A stretch of 64,000 nt of DNA from Octopus vulgaris (taxonomy: Eukaryota): the NCBI GenBank assembly GCA_951406725.2, contig OX597815.1:156984001-157048000 (forward strand). The letters run 5' to 3'. Both the position numbers and the translations under genes were made by a program. Below the pieces are notes generated by a model that saw only the letters and a program-made list of their open reading frames with translations, was not told the origin of the DNA and made no database searches. Shown one piece after another: positions 63,801 through 64,000 of the stretch (positions within the stretch are counted from its first letter, which is position 1; every line of letters starts with the position of its first letter).

Positions 63801-64000
63801 AGTCTGGCACTGATAAGTCTCAATGTTTCTATTTTATTCACAAACCTCTTCCGATTATCTTCAAGCTATTATATAGAAAACTGCTGTATTCCTTTCAAAG
63901 TCCGATATTTTCTCCAGACAGAATTATGCTTAAGCAAACTCAATGGATCCTTGAACTTACAGATATTCTAACAACGTAGCAACGTCTTCTGGCTGTTTAG

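Overview
AT-rich, microsatellite-rich eukaryotic DNA with a repeat repertoire typical of a coleoid cephalopod (octopus-like; inferred, not verified). Bases 1-35 kb are a dense transposable-element graveyard: Penelope, tandem Helitrons, pogo-like, hAT, maT/mariner, Tx1/L1, Dong/R4, CR1-like and RTE LINE fragments, tRNA-derived SINEs and MITEs. Bases 35.6-60.8 kb hold a phase-consistent, at least 16-exon plus-strand gene for a secreted astacin metalloprotease (signal peptide-pro-astacin-EGF-CUB-MAM) whose 3' end was not resolved. The most unusual observation is a family of short retroelements encoding only a gag/ORF1-like CCHC protein and no RT. Two apparently full-length copies sit in tandem at the same site of a SINE head with target-site duplications (23.6-27.3 kb), and a 5'-truncated copy sits in another copy of the same SINE (34.6-34.9 kb). 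The SINE itself carries the same ~40-nt 3' tail and forms nested head-to-tail arrays (9.4-10.2 kb), suggesting a SINE-targeting, Tx1-like multi-partner retroposition system. All translations and alignments were done by eye.
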